The notes under the pieces were generated by a model. That model was not told the origin of the DNA and made no database searches. It saw nothing but the letters and a program-made list of their open reading frames with translations. Below, piece after piece: positions 49,082 to 60,213 of a DNA stretch of 64,000 nucleotides. Each line of letters begins with the position of its first letter. Position 1 is the first letter of the stretch. The translations under genes were made by a program, and so were the position numbers. The stretch is taken from positions 2,432,001 to 2,496,000 of the forward strand of contig OY970368.1 of NCBI GenBank assembly GCA_963718615.1, written 5' to 3'. The DNA is from an uncultured cyanobacterium. Lineage in GTDB: Bacteria; Cyanobacteriota; Cyanobacteriia; PCC-9006; JAAUQQ01.

Positions 49082-51154
49082 CTAACGCTGACCGACTAGC
49101 TTTTGCCGAAGGTTTTTGATGCGATCGCGCAGTTCCCCCGCCCGTTCAAACTCCAGGGTCTTCGCAGCCTGCTGCATCTCGGACTCAAGCTGCTGAATCA
49201 GCTCTGGGATTTCGGTTAGCGGAATATCATCCGCTTGCTCATAGGCAATGTCAAGCTCTTGGGCATTGAGGCGACGAGAAACTTCCAAAAACGCCAAAAT
49301 CGAATTGCCCAGCTTTTTCTGAATGGGCTGGGGGGTGATGCCGTGTTTTTTGTTATACGCTATTTGAATGTCTCGCCGCCGCTGGGTTTCATCGATCGCC
49401 TTGATCATGCTATCGGTCATCCGATCGGCATAGAGAATCGCTTGGCCTTGAACGTGACGGGCAGCTCTACCAATGGTTTGAATGAGCGATCGCTCAGCCC
49501 GTAAAAATCCCTCTTTATCTGCATCTAAAATGGCAACGAGCGAAACCTCTGGTAAGTCTAATCCCTCTCGCAGCAGGTTGACGCCAATCAACACATCAAA
49601 TTCGCCTTCCCTTAAATCCCGGATAATTTCAATGCGTTCAATGGAGTTAATCTCAGAATGCATATACCGCACTTTTACCCCTCGTTCCAGAAGATATTCG
49701 GTTAAATCTTCTGCCATCCGTTTGGTTAATGTTGTGACCAGCGTTCGCTCCTGTTTGGCGGCTCGTGCTTGGATTTCGCTGAGCAAATCATCCACCTGTC
49801 CGTCGCTGGGGCGCACAAAGATTTCGGGATCAATCACCCCAGTGGGTCGAATCACCTGTTCAATGACGCGGCCTGTCCCCCGCTGATAAACTTTCTTTTC
49901 GGCATCTTCAAACAGGCCATCCGACTGCTCCAGTTCCCAGGCGCTGGGCGTAGCTGAAACAAAAATACATTGGTTGACCTTGTCCCAGAATTCCTCAGAT
50001 TTTAGAGGTCGATTGTCAGCTGCACTGGGTAATCGAAACCCATGGTCCACTAAGACTTTCTTGCGGGCTTGGTCGCCGTTGTACATTCCCCGCAGTTGAG
50101 GGACAGTGACATGGGATTCATCGACGACGAGGAGCCAATCCTCTGGAAAATAGTCAATTAAACATTCTGGGGGTTCCCCTGCCCCACGACCCGCGAGATG
50201 GCGAGAGTAGTTTTCCACACCGTTGCAATAGCCAACTTCTCGTAGCATTTCTAGGTCATATTTAGTGCGTTGTTCTAACCGCTGTGCCTCCAGCAACTTA
50301 TTTTCCTTTTGCAAAAACTCAAGCTGTGCTTCAAATTCTGCTTGAATCGCGTTGCAGGCTTCCTCTAGCCGATCCTCTGGGGTGACAAAGTGACGTGCGG
50401 GATAGACATTAAGCTGATCTAGGCTTTGCAGAATCTCACCACTGACTGGATCCACATAACGAATGGCATCCACTTCATCGCCAAAAAACTCAATGCGAAT
50501 AATTCGATCTTCGTAAGCCGGTCCAATTTCTAAAACATCCCCTTTGACGCGAAACTTACCTCGTCCGACATCGAGATCATTGCGGGTATATTGCACATTA
50601 ACTAAATCCCGAATGATCGAGCGTAAATCTACTTCCTGGCCCATGCGAAAGGGAATCGCAGCTTTGAGATATTCGGAAGGAATTCCAAGGCCATAGATGC
50701 AGCTAATGGATGCGACAACGATGACATCCTGGCGCTCGAAAAGCGATCGCGTGGCTGAATGTCGCAACATATCAATTTCTTCGTTAATCGAGGCCGTTTT
50801 TGCAATATAAGTGTCGCTAACAGGAATATAGGCTTCCGGTTGATAGTAGTCGTAGTAGGAAATGAAATATTCAACGGCGTTATTGGGGAAGAAATACCGA
50901 AGCTCATTGCAAAGCTGAGCGGCGAGGGTCTTATTGTGAGCCAAGACTAGGGTGGGTTTGCCGATGGTTTCAATCACATTGGCAACGGAAAAGGTTTTGC
51001 CTGTTCCCGTTGCACCCAGCAGGGTCTGATACTTCTCGCCTTTCCGGATGGACTGGATCAAGCCTTTGATCGCTTTTGGCTGATCTCCTGTGGGTTGGTA
51101 GTCAGACTGGATGGTGAAATCAGCTTTGGAGTCAGATTTTTTGGATCTCGGCAT
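49082..51154 (-). CDS. uvrB: Excinuclease ABC subunit B
   Basis: [40 protein letters not shown]. Confidence 0.98.
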   Translation of the reverse strand: MPRSKKSDSKADFTIQSDYQPTGDQPKAIKGLIQSIRKGEKYQTLLGATGTGKTFSVANVIETIGKPTLVLAHNKTLAAQLCNELRYFFPNNAVEYFISYYDYYQPEAYIPVSDTYIAKTASINEEIDMLRHSATRSLFERQDVIVVASISCIYGLGIPSEYLKAAIPFRMGQEVDLRSIIRDLVNVQYTRNDLDVGRGKFRVKGDVLEIGPAYEDRIIRIEFFGDEVDAIRYVDPVSGEILQSLDQLNVYPARHFVTPEDRLEEACNAIQAEFEAQLEFLQKENKLLEAQRLEQRTKYDLEMLREVGYCNGVENYSRHLAGRGAGEPPECLIDYFPEDWLLVVDESHVTVPQLRGMYNGDQARKKVLVDHGFRLPSAADNRPLKSEEFWDKVNQCIFVSATPSAWELEQSDGLFEDAEKKVYQRGTGRVIEQVIRPTGVIDPEIFVRPSDGQVDDLLSEIQARAAKQERTLVTTLTKRMAEDLTEYLLERGVKVRYMHSEINSIERIEIIRDLREGEFDVLIGVNLLREGLDLPEVSLVAILDADKEGFLRAERSLIQTIGRAARHVQGQAILYADRMTDSMIKAIDETQRRRDIQIAYNKKHGITPQPIQKKLGNSILAFLEVSRRLNAQELDIAYEQADDIPLTEIPELIQQLESEMQQAAKTLEFERAGELRDRIKNLRQKLVGQR

Positions 51155-51186
51155 GGAAAACAGGGGCGAATGACGGCTGAGTCTAC

Positions 51187-53961
51187 CTATAATTTTGAAA
51201 CAAGTACGCCTGTTTTGGGGGTGGGTTGAGAAATTTGCTGGATTTTTGCTGGATTGAAGTGCTGGGTAAAGTCTGGGGCGCGAACGCTTTCTTTGAGGTT
51301 CCAGTCGATGGAGGCATTGGGGTTTTTGATCCCGGCTTCGTCGAAGATGTTGATGACGGTATCGGAGACGAGGGCTTGGTCTACGACTTGCCGGATGGCG
51401 GTTTCGATTTCGACGTTGCTCAGGCTACCGTCGCTGGGTTCGAGTTTGCGGAGGCTGGCTTGGATGGCCTGAAAGAAAGAGATTTTTTCAGCCTGGGCGA
51501 TCGCTTCGGGGTTATGGGCGGTCAGCGCGTAGATTCTGCCGAGGGCGGTGACGGCATCGAGGAAGCGGTCTTTGATTTGTGGGTCGGCGACATAGTTAGT
51601 GGCGGATTTGAGGATGTTGAGTTTGTCGCCAGTGCGATTGGTGAAGTAGGGCTGGTAGTTGAATCCGGCCATGATGCCTTCGACGATTTCCAGTTTGGTC
51701 AGCAATAGGCCAATGGCCACGGCTTGATCAAGGGTGAGATCGCCTTTGCCGCCGCTTTGGGAGTAGAAGTTGAGCGCTTCTTTGAGTTCGTGGGCGACGC
51801 CGAGGTAGTCCACAATCAAGCCGCCTTGTTTCTCGAAGTAGACGCGGTTGATGCGGGCGATCGCCTGCATCAGGTTGTGCCCCTTCATCGGCTTGTCGAG
51901 GTACAGGGTGTGGAGGCAGGGGGCATCGAACCCGGTGAGCCACATGTCGCAGACGATGACGAGTTCGAGGTCGTTGGCGGGGTCTTTGATGCGTTGGGCC
52001 AGGAGTTGCCGATTTTTTTGGGTGGTGTGGTGCCGGACTAGGTTGCCTTCGTCGGCGGCGCTGGCGGTCATGACGACTTTGATTTTGCCGCTGTTGAGGT
52101 CGTCGCTGTGCCAGTCGGGGCGGAGCTGGATGATTTCGTCGTAGAGGTTGGCGGCGATGCGGCGGCTGAGGGTGACGATCATGCCTTTGCCGCGATTGAC
52201 GGTTTGGCGTTGCTCGAAGTGGGTGACGATGTCGTTGGCGATGGTTTCGAGGCGCTGGGTGGAGCCGACGATCGCTTCGATTTTGGTCTGGTTGGCTTTG
52301 GCCTGTTGGGTGCTGCTGAGGTCTTCAAAGCTGAGGTCTTCGTCGAGTTCGTCCAGTAGCTGTTTTCCCTGTTCGTCGAGATCGACTTTGACCAGGCGGC
52401 TCTCGTAGTAGATGGGGACGGTGGAACCGTCTTTGACGGCTTGGGAGATGTCGTAGATGTCGATGTAGCCGCCAAAGATGGCGGGGGTGTTTTTGTCGGT
52501 TTGCTCGACGGGGGTGCCGGTGAAGCCGACGAAGGTGGCGTTGGGGAGGGCGTCGCGGATGTATTTGGCGAAGCCGTAGCGGGTCTGTTTGCCGATGACG
52601 TTGCCTGCTTCGTCTTTGAGGTTGACCTGTTTGGCTTTGAAGCCGTATTGGCTGCGGTGGGCTTCGTCGGCCAGGACGACGATGTTGGTGCGATCGCTAA
52701 TCTGGGGGTACAGGGTCTCGCCTTCTTCTGGGCCGAATTTTTGCACGGTGGTGAAGACGATGCCGCCAGAGTTGACGGTGAGGAGTTGGCGGACGGCGTC
52801 GCGGTTGTTGGCCTGTTGGGGGGCTTGGCGCAGCAGTTGGCGGCATCCGGCGAAGGTGTCGAAAAGTTGGTCGTCGAGGTCGTTGCGATCGGTGAGGATG
52901 ACGAGGGTGGGGTTGTCGAGGGTGAGGACGAGTTTGCCGCTGAGGAAGACCATGGAGAGGGATTTACCGCTGCCCTGGGTGTGCCAAACGACGCCGCCCT
53001 TGCGTGATGTTGGGTGGTTGCCTTGGGTGGCGGTGAGGACGTTTTCGACGGCTTTATTGACGGCGTAGTACTGGTGGTAAGCGCCGATCTTTTTGATGGT
53101 TTGGAGGGTGACGATTTCGGTGCTGGGGTCTTCGGTTTTGATTTTCTCGAAGACGGTGAAGTGGCGAATGAGGTCGAGCAGGGTGTGCTTGTTGAGCATC
53201 CCGGTGGTGAGGATTTCGAGTTCGTTGGTGTTGGGGTCGTTGTCGATGCCGCCGCCGAGTTCATCGGGGAGTTGGCGTTTCCATTGGCTGAAGCGGCTTT
53301 CGGGGGCGGAGAGGGAGCCTGCGCGGGCGGAGATGCCGTCGGAGATGACGAGGAGGGCGTTGTAGGTGAAGAGGCTGGGGATTTCGCGCTTGTAAGTTTG
53401 GAGTTGGTTGTAGGCGGCTTTGAGGTCGGCTTTGGCGTCGGCGGCGTTTTTGAGTTCGATGACGACGAGGGGCAGGCCGTTGATGAAGAGGATGATGTCG
53501 GGGCGGCGGTTGTGGTTATCTTCGATGAGGGTGAATTGGTTCACCGCGAGGAAGTCGTTGTTTTCGGGGGTGGCCCAGTCGATCAGCCAGAGTTGTTCGC
53601 CTTTGGTTTCACCGTCCTTTTGGTATTCGATGGTGATGCCGCCCGTGAGGTAGCAGTGAAAGGTTTCGTTGTTGCTGATCAGGTCGGGGCAGTTGATGTC
53701 TTGCAGTTCTCGCTGGGCGGTGGTGCGGGCATCGGGGGGGATGTGGGGGTTGATGCGGGCGATCGCGGCACTTAGCCGATCTTTGAGCAGGACTTCGCTG
53801 TAGCTTTGGCGTTTGGGGTGGCTGAGGTAGCTGCCGCTGCGGTCTTTGGCTCGAAATTGGGTGTCTTCGGTGGTGGCGTTGTCTGGGGCGAGTTGGGCGG
53901 CGTGGGTGTAGGTGTAGCCGAGGGCATGGAGGAGTTCGAGGTTGTAGCGTTCGATGTCGTC
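51187..53961 (-). pseudogene. hsdR: Type I restriction endonuclease R subunit, start deleted and C-terminus deleted
   Basis: RPD...IELK, GSGKS, DEAH, QAIARINR; frame open upstream to DDIERYN at ~53961 with no start codon; C-terminus jumps IKNP to NASIDW and ends after ESVRA. Confidence 0.85.
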
Positions 53962-54985
53962 TAATGATAGAAAAAGTAAAATGGATTTGCTTTTTTACGA
54001 TCTATGCGGCAACGAATTAAGTGACCTTCAAAGGTTCTCGGTTCTGGAGCTTCTGTAATTATTGAGCATTGACCTGCTCCTTCTCTAACAAGAGATTGGC
54101 GTGCAAATAAAATGTCACCAAATTCTAGTAAAGACTTTTCATACTCAGATTCAGATAATTGAACTCTATCCATCTCCAAATCGCCAATTCTCTTGTTTCC
54201 GAATAGCTCTCCCATGTTGACCATATAAAAGCCATTACCTCGAACACTGCGAGGCTTCGTTAATCCATTACGCAATGGAATCAGGAAAGTTGTCTCGAAG
54301 GGAGCGATATGCCAACCTGCGGGGATTTCGTCTAGTTCTGACGGTTCCATTGCGCCGCCGGATGACTTGTAGGCTTGCCGTCGGCGTTGGGGAACTCGAA
54401 ATCGATGAACCAATGTTTGAAGAGGGTTTGCGCGATCGCCTCTAGCGTCTCGTTCTGTTTGCGGAGGTTTTCGATTTTGCGATCGAGGATAGATAAAGTC
54501 CGGCCTATCTCCTGCTGCTCTGGAAGACTGGGCACTGTGACAATGATTTCGCTACAGTCGCCAACTCGCATATGTTCAACCGTAGAACCCATGCCAAAGC
54601 TTTTAATTTGATGCTGGACTTCTCTGGAACAAAATGAGTAGAACAAGAAATCAGGATCAACAATATTTGGGTTTGGCCTATACATCATTAGACGCTGGCC
54701 TAGAAACAGGTTCTCTCCATCAATTATTTGCCCAACTTCTCCGAGAGGAGCTTCTCTCGTAAGAATGATGTCACCTCTTTGTAGAGTAGATCGTCGAGTC
54801 CATGTACGAAAAACATCCTCAGTCACATAATTTGTACTCGACAAATCAACGCGACCATCTTTGACATTTGTTGTTCTGATCATCCTATAAGGAGTGACCT
54901 CATCAACGGTGGGGGCCGTTTTATTAACGCAGTCGATAATGGCCTCACAAAGTTTGTCGATCTTCACTTCTTCCCAATCGCTCAT
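53961..54985 (-). pseudogene. hsdS: Type I specificity subunit, frameshifted and truncated
   Basis: TRD1 then P.L.EQ..I...NETLEAIAQTLFKHWF; frameshift in GKP/YKSSGG at ~54372; second TRD stops at FYFFYH. Confidence 0.9.
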
Positions 54986-55024
54986 AGCTCAAACCCCACC
55001 TTCGCCAACTGTCCCTTTATCTTC
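54982..55024 (-). repeat. Copy of the hsdM 3' end abutting the hsdS start
   Basis: Encodes KIKGQLAKVGFEL-stop with an ATGA overlap into hsdS. Confidence 0.85.
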
Positions 55025-55043
55025 ATAAAAAACGCTAATTTCC

Positions 55044-55829
55044 TTAACTAGCAGCCGGAGTCGTTAGCATTTCAACAAGCCGCTCCGAATCCGACCAATA
55101 GACAATATCTGACAACTCCTCTAGCTGCCGAATCGTCTCCATTTGCCAAACATCCAACGTGTCATCAAACAAAGAAATAAAGCGCAATGGCTGCGCCCCA
55201 AACTTAAACTGCGTCAAATCCATCCAAGCCGCAACCACATTATTGGCCTTCGTATTAGCCGCCGCCCTACTCCCCGTACTCAGCACCTGCACCAAAGAAC
55301 TATGATTAGGATGAAACGTATGAAAATCAATCCGCCAGCTACGCCCCGACCGACCCGATAACTTTTCGTTGGCCTGAAATCTAACTCGATGGTCACTCAA
55401 CAATTCAGCCACCTCATCCTCAAACGTCGAAACCAAACGAGTTCTCGACAAAAACCAGAGATTGCTAACCGCCACCGTTGCCTGAGCCAAGCGGGTTATC
55501 GCCGCCGCCAAACCCTCTATCCCTCCCACACGAACAATCAACGCCCCTCGATACTCCTCAACCTCATGGGTTAGCAAAATATCCTGAAGCACCTGCTCTT
55601 GCTTTTTCGACAAAAACTCGCTAGTCGTTTGAGACATCAACCACCGCTTCGTTTCACCCAAATCCGTGATCAAAGGGCGATCCTGAGAAACTTTGAAATA
55701 GAAATCAATCACATCTCCGTCAGGATAGAGATAAGGCGTGCGAATCCGCGTGAACCCATTCACCTCTTCTTTACAAACAAAGAGGCTCCCAAAATTTTCA
55801 GCAATGGCCTGACAAGGTTTGCTAATCAT
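55044..55829 (-). CDS. DUF1828/DUF1829-like protein
   Basis: IRTPYLYPDGDVID..., TDLGET, GRSGRSWRIDF; recalled family pattern. Confidence 0.7.
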   Translation of the reverse strand: MISKPCQAIAENFGSLFVCKEEVNGFTRIRTPYLYPDGDVIDFYFKVSQDRPLITDLGETKRWLMSQTTSEFLSKKQEQVLQDILLTHEVEEYRGALIVRVGGIEGLAAAITRLAQATVAVSNLWFLSRTRLVSTFEDEVAELLSDHRVRFQANEKLSGRSGRSWRIDFHTFHPNHSSLVQVLSTGSRAAANTKANNVVAAWMDLTQFKFGAQPLRFISLFDDTLDVWQMETIRQLEELSDIVYWSDSERLVEMLTTPAAS

Positions 55830-56278
55830 AGGAACAAATCTAACTGATTTTGAGGTAAGGGCTGCATAACCCCATTATGACAAAGAGCAGCCTCTCGGCA
55901 GAATTGTTGCCAAACCTTTACCGGTTCAGCCGCAGAGGCTGTGATGTCTGGCGGTACATAAGCTTGCTTATCACGATAGAGTTCACTCCAGCGGTGCTTG
56001 TGTTTTTCCCCCACCAATTTTCCATCAGGATTCCGATGATCTTTGCCCAAGTCAAGGCCATATATCCTGCCGTAGGGTGGACAGATAATGTGATAGCTCA
56101 AGGCCTCAACAATGGAATTATAAGTGCCACGAACTGATAACTGATAATTACCCGAATTGGTTTGAACTTCAGCTTTGAATTTGAGCCATAGGCTTTCTTC
56201 TTTCCAGAAGATATCGCCTTGTATGGTCTTGGATTTATCGTTCAAGATTCCCTCAAATTCTGCCTGACTCAAAGCCAT
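55826..56278 (-). CDS. DUF6978-like protein, translationally coupled to the downstream gene
   Basis: LSQAEF, LD...HRNPDG..V...HKH.W, FC...; ATGA overlap. Confidence 0.6.
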   Translation of the reverse strand: MALSQAEFEGILNDKSKTIQGDIFWKEESLWLKFKAEVQTNSGNYQLSVRGTYNSIVEALSYHIICPPYGRIYGLDLGKDHRNPDGKLVGEKHKHRWSELYRDKQAYVPPDITASAAEPVKVWQQFCREAALCHNGVMQPLPQNQLDLFL

Positions 56279-56341
56279 AGCCCAAAACCCATTTCACTAA
56301 TCGTATAAGTTGATCAGCAATCTCAAGAATGCGCGATCGGT

Positions 56342-56468
56342 TTTCCCGTAGCTTCTCTAACAGCGCCATCAGCTCACCCCCTCCAAATCAAAACCGACCT
56401 TGGCCAACTGTATTTTAATCTCCGCATCCAACGCCGCTGCTTCCTCCATCTGCGCCGCCAAATCCGCC
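56342..56468 (-). repeat. 127-bp copy of the hsdM 3' end plus the following MNT-like stub (about 90% identical to 57678-57804)
   Basis: Encodes [30 protein letters not shown]-stop then MALLEKLRE; about 12 mismatches by eye. Confidence 0.92.
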
Positions 56469-56475
56469 CTCGTCA

Positions 56476-56832
56476 TCATATGCCCCCAGCCTCCAAACTA
56501 TCTAAAACCCGCTGCAAGGCAGTCTTAAGAACGGGCAAATCCGCCTGAGTCGTTTGCCACACAATCTCCAAATCCACCTGAAAATACTCATGAATCACCG
56601 CATTTCGCATCCCCCGAATCTGCTCCCACGGTGTCATTGGGTCTGCCATTTTTAAATCATCAATCACACTTGCCACCGCCTCACCAATTACTGCCAAACT
56701 ATACAGCACCGCTCTCAAAGCTTGCCGATTCTGAGTAAATATCTCAAAGCTCAAGCCTTCGATAGTTTCCTCTACAACGACAATCTCAGCCAACATATCC
56801 TGCACCCGCAGCGCAAACTCTCTAGATGGCAC
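56476..56832 (-). CDS. HEPN (DUF86/HepT-like) toxin
   Basis: IGEA, PW..IRGMRNAVIHEYF (Rx4H motif). Confidence 0.9.
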   Translation of the reverse strand: MPSREFALRVQDMLAEIVVVEETIEGLSFEIFTQNRQALRAVLYSLAVIGEAVASVIDDLKMADPMTPWEQIRGMRNAVIHEYFQVDLEIVWQTTQADLPVLKTALQRVLDSLEAGGI

Positions 56833-57112
56833 GAATCGCCTCCTTCAACACCGTTTCCCGCAAATGAGGGCGCAAAGAACTCCGTGTACCCAAGTCCACC
56901 GAACAACCCAACACCTCCTCCAAAAAAGCCTTCAACCCCAACAACATAAACAACCCCACCGGATGGTCAAACTCCACCAAAAAATCTACATCACTCTCTG
57001 GTGTCGCTTCATCCCGTGCCACCGACCCAAACAAAAACAACGCCTTCACCGCAAACTCATCCAGGCGATCGCGGTGGGCATCTAGCAAACTTAGAACCTC
57101 TTGTTTATTCAT
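56822..57112 (-). CDS. Minimal nucleotidyltransferase (MntA-like antitoxin)
   Basis: LFGSVARDEATPESDVDFLV (GSx10DxD), VDL. Confidence 0.92.
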   Translation of the reverse strand: MNKQEVLSLLDAHRDRLDEFAVKALFLFGSVARDEATPESDVDFLVEFDHPVGLFMLLGLKAFLEEVLGCSVDLGTRSSLRPHLRETVLKEAIRAI

Positions 57113-57158
57113 TAAATCTCTCCCTCCAATTCTCTCAAGGTTTCTTCGTCTTCATCCC

Positions 57159-57296
57159 CTAATCCAGAGCAGAGGTTGGAGGCAGATGCGCCGCCAGCTC
57201 CGCCGCTAGCATCCTCACCTGGAGAACCCGTACATTAGGCATTGGACGATGTAGTTCAGAAAGAATATTGGAATCCAACAAAAATCGAATCGTCAT
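57159..57296 (-). pseudogene. Truncated PIN/VapC toxin fused to an hsdM-like fragment
   Basis: MTIRFLLDSNILSELHRPMPNVRV (PIN N-terminus) then LAAELAAH and stop; ATGA overlap with the upstream gene. Confidence 0.7.
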
Positions 57297-57550
57297 AGTT
57301 CAATTTCCCGTCCTGGACTCCGATCGCGCAAATCGGCAAAATCCTCATCCATAAACTCAATCCCTTCTTGCTCAATCCGCTCTCGAAACTTCAAAACCCC
57401 CGCCCAAAATGTATCACCATTTCCTTGAGACGCTTGAGCCGATTCTTTCGCCGCGACCTCAGACAACCGTTGTGACAACACCAGCAACAGCGAAGCCTGA
57501 TCCTGCACCGATAAATCATCTAGAGATCGAATTACATCCTGTAAAGTCAT
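57293..57550 (-). CDS. Putative antitoxin of the truncated VapC
   Basis: 85 aa acidic protein ending FADLRDRSPGREIEL, coupled to the PIN fragment. Confidence 0.65.
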   Translation of the reverse strand: MTLQDVIRSLDDLSVQDQASLLLVLSQRLSEVAAKESAQASQGNGDTFWAGVLKFRERIEQEGIEFMDEDFADLRDRSPGREIEL

Positions 57551-57704
57551 GACTGAACCTCCTCAATCACTAGTTTTTCTCAACATCAAACCGCTCAAAA
57601 TTTGCCTTCGTCGCATACCGCTGAAATACCTGCTGCGTCTTCTCTCATTCGACATTGCTATCTGGCGTGTCCTCTCCTTTCCCGTAGCTTCCCCAATAGC
57701 GCCA

Positions 57705-59330
57705 TCAGCTCAACCCCTCCAAATCAAAGCCCACCTTCGCTAACTGTATTTTAATCTCCCCATCCAACGCCGCCGCTTCCGCCATCTGCGCCGCCAACTC
57801 CGCCGTCAAAGCCCCCATCTTCTCCTCAAACGGCACCCCATCTTCCACCTCATCCGGAATCCCCACATACCGCCCCGGCGTCAGCACAAACCCGTGCTTC
57901 TCAATCTCCGCCAGCGTTGCCGACTTACAAAACCCCTTAATATCCGCATAGTCTCCCCCATCCCGCTTCCACTCCCGATAAGTCCCCGCAATCCGCTGAA
58001 TATCTGCCTCATCAAACGCTCGATTGCGCCGATTGACCATATAGCCCAACTCCGACGCATCAATAAACAACACCTCCCCCTTCCGATTCCGGTTCTTATT
58101 GCCATTCTTATACCGACTCAAAAACCACAAACAAGCCGGAATCCCCGTGTTGTAAAACAACTGCGTCGGCAACATCACAATGCAATCCACCAAATCCTGC
58201 TGCACCAACCCCTTACGAATCTCCCCCTCCCCACTCGTATTCGACGACAGCGACCCATTCGACAACACAAACCCCGCCGCCCCTGTCGGAGCCAAGTGAT
58301 ACAAGAAATGCTGCACCCAGGCAAAGTTGGCATTCCCCACCGGCGGCACCCCATAATCCCAGCGCCCATCCTTCCGCAGCAAATCCCCGCCCCAATCACT
58401 GTCATTAAACGGCGGATTCGCAATCACAAAATCTGCCTTCAAGTCCTTATGGGCATCATTCAAAAATGACCCCTCCGGATTCCAGCGAATATTCGAGCCA
58501 TCAATCCCCCGAATCGCCAAATTCATCCGGCACAGCTTGTAGGTCGTCTCATTACTCTCCTGCCCATAGATCGAAATATCATCCAGCCGCCCCTGGTGAT
58601 AGCTAACAAACTTCTCACTCTGAACAAACATGCCCCCCGACCCACAGCAAGGGTCAAACACCCGCCCGTGATACGGCTCCAGCATCTCCACCAACACCCG
58701 CACCACCGCCTCCGGCGTATAGAACTGGCCCCCCTTCTTGCCCTCCGCCAGGGCAAACTGCCCCAAGAAGTACTCATACACCTGCCCCAGCAAATCCTGC
58801 TGCCTGGGCGCTTCCCCCATCGACTCCGCTTCTAGACTCAATTGCTGAACCGACGCCGAGGGTGCCTGGGCTAAATTGACACTGCCAATATTGTCAATCA
58901 ACCCACCCAAAGAGGTTGGATCCAGCTTTTGCTGCCCATACACCTTTGGCAAAATACCCTTGAGCAGCTTGGCATTGTTTTGTTCGATCGCCTCCATCGC
59001 CTCATCCACGCGCTGGCCAATATCTGGCTGCTTCGCCTGGGCCTGCAACGCCGACCACCTCGCCTCAACAGGCACAAAAAAGACATTCTCCGCCTTGTAT
59101 TCATCCGGATCTTCCGGGTCCGCCCCTTCGTACTCTCCCTCCCCAGCAATCAGCGCTTCGTGCAACTGTTCAAAGGCATCCGAAATGTATTTGAGAAAGA
59201 TCAACCCCAGGACGATGTGCTTATACTCCGCTGCGTCTATATTTTTGCGGAGCTTGTCTGCGGCTTTCCAGAGCTTTTGCTCTAAGGTTTCACTACTTTT
59301 TTGAATTTTGGTGGACTTCACGTCAGACAT
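57705..59330 (-). CDS. hsdM: Type I restriction-modification methyltransferase M subunit
   Basis: [36 protein letters not shown]; frame intact. Confidence 0.96.
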   Translation of the reverse strand: MSDVKSTKIQKSSETLEQKLWKAADKLRKNIDAAEYKHIVLGLIFLKYISDAFEQLHEALIAGEGEYEGADPEDPDEYKAENVFFVPVEARWSALQAQAKQPDIGQRVDEAMEAIEQNNAKLLKGILPKVYGQQKLDPTSLGGLIDNIGSVNLAQAPSASVQQLSLEAESMGEAPRQQDLLGQVYEYFLGQFALAEGKKGGQFYTPEAVVRVLVEMLEPYHGRVFDPCCGSGGMFVQSEKFVSYHQGRLDDISIYGQESNETTYKLCRMNLAIRGIDGSNIRWNPEGSFLNDAHKDLKADFVIANPPFNDSDWGGDLLRKDGRWDYGVPPVGNANFAWVQHFLYHLAPTGAAGFVLSNGSLSSNTSGEGEIRKGLVQQDLVDCIVMLPTQLFYNTGIPACLWFLSRYKNGNKNRNRKGEVLFIDASELGYMVNRRNRAFDEADIQRIAGTYREWKRDGGDYADIKGFCKSATLAEIEKHGFVLTPGRYVGIPDEVEDGVPFEEKMGALTAELAAQMAEAAALDGEIKIQLAKVGFDLEGLS

Positions 59331-59360
59331 GAGAACTTTCTATCGCGCCATAATAGAACA

Positions 59361-60029
59361 ATGACACAATCTAGACCACAGTGGGATCTCAAGCGTTTCT
59401 TTGAAACCCTCAGCTTCTTTGAAGCCATCCCCGTCGTTAGCCAACTGCAAAAAATGTTCTACGGTTCTCCCCCACCCACCCCGCCCTCAGCGCCATCGGG
59501 CGTCATCTTTGACTTTAGCCAACGAGACTTTAACCTTAGCCAAACCTGGGGTGCCGTTGATGATGTAGTGATGGGTGGCGTAAGTTCCAGTGGCATTCAG
59601 CTAGAGCAAGGCAACGCCGTCTTTACTGGGACCGTCTCGACAGACAACAACGGTGGCTTTGCCTCAGTCCGAACCCGTAACTTTGAGCCCCCGTTAGACC
59701 TCTCTGGAAAACAAGGAATCGAGCTGCGGCTCAAGGGCGATGGCCAGCGTTACAAATTCTTGGTGCGCGACAACGACGGCTGGGATAGCGTGGCCTATTC
59801 CTATTCCTTTGATACGACTAAGAATCAATGGATCTCCGTGCGGGTGCCCTTCGACAAGCTCGTGCCAGTGATGCGAGCGAAAACCTTGAAGGATGGGCGA
59901 TCGCTCAACCCCAGTAAAATCCGAGCCCTCCAGCTCATGCTCAGCAAATTTGAATACGACGGAGCGCTGAATCCTCAGTTCACCCCAGGCGTCTTTCGTC
60001 TTGAGGTTGCCACCATTGCGGCGTTTTGA
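59361..60029 (+). CDS. CIA30 family protein
   Basis: WGAVDDVVMGGVS, NNGGFASVR, LKGDGQRYK, LMLSKFEYDG. Confidence 0.9.
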   Translation: MTQSRPQWDLKRFFETLSFFEAIPVVSQLQKMFYGSPPPTPPSAPSGVIFDFSQRDFNLSQTWGAVDDVVMGGVSSSGIQLEQGNAVFTGTVSTDNNGGFASVRTRNFEPPLDLSGKQGIELRLKGDGQRYKFLVRDNDGWDSVAYSYSFDTTKNQWISVRVPFDKLVPVMRAKTLKDGRSLNPSKIRALQLMLSKFEYDGALNPQFTPGVFRLEVATIAAF

Positions 60030-60059
60030 ATCGCTTGTTGAATGACTGGGTTGAATGGC

Positions 60060-60089
60060 TTGACAGGGGCGATCGCCTTCCTCGATAAT
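60060..60089 (+). promoter_or_regulatory. Putative sigma70-type promoter of rplU-rpmA
   Basis: TTGACA-18 nt-GATAAT. Confidence 0.5.
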
Positions 60090-60213
60090 TAAAGGCTGTC
60101 TGTCAAAATCCAGCTCGGATCAGGTCAGGCCCATAAACGTCAAGCCCAGCAAAATTTTCAAGCAAAATTCATGCTCAAGGTTTGGCTACCTGTACGGCTT
60201 TAGAGAGGAACCT

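Noticed and set aside
51226-53775. Long overlapping ORFs on hsdR, including the 361-aa Ser/Pro/Thr-rich ORF
   Set aside because: Artefacts of extreme C-ending codon bias, which suppresses stops in other frames
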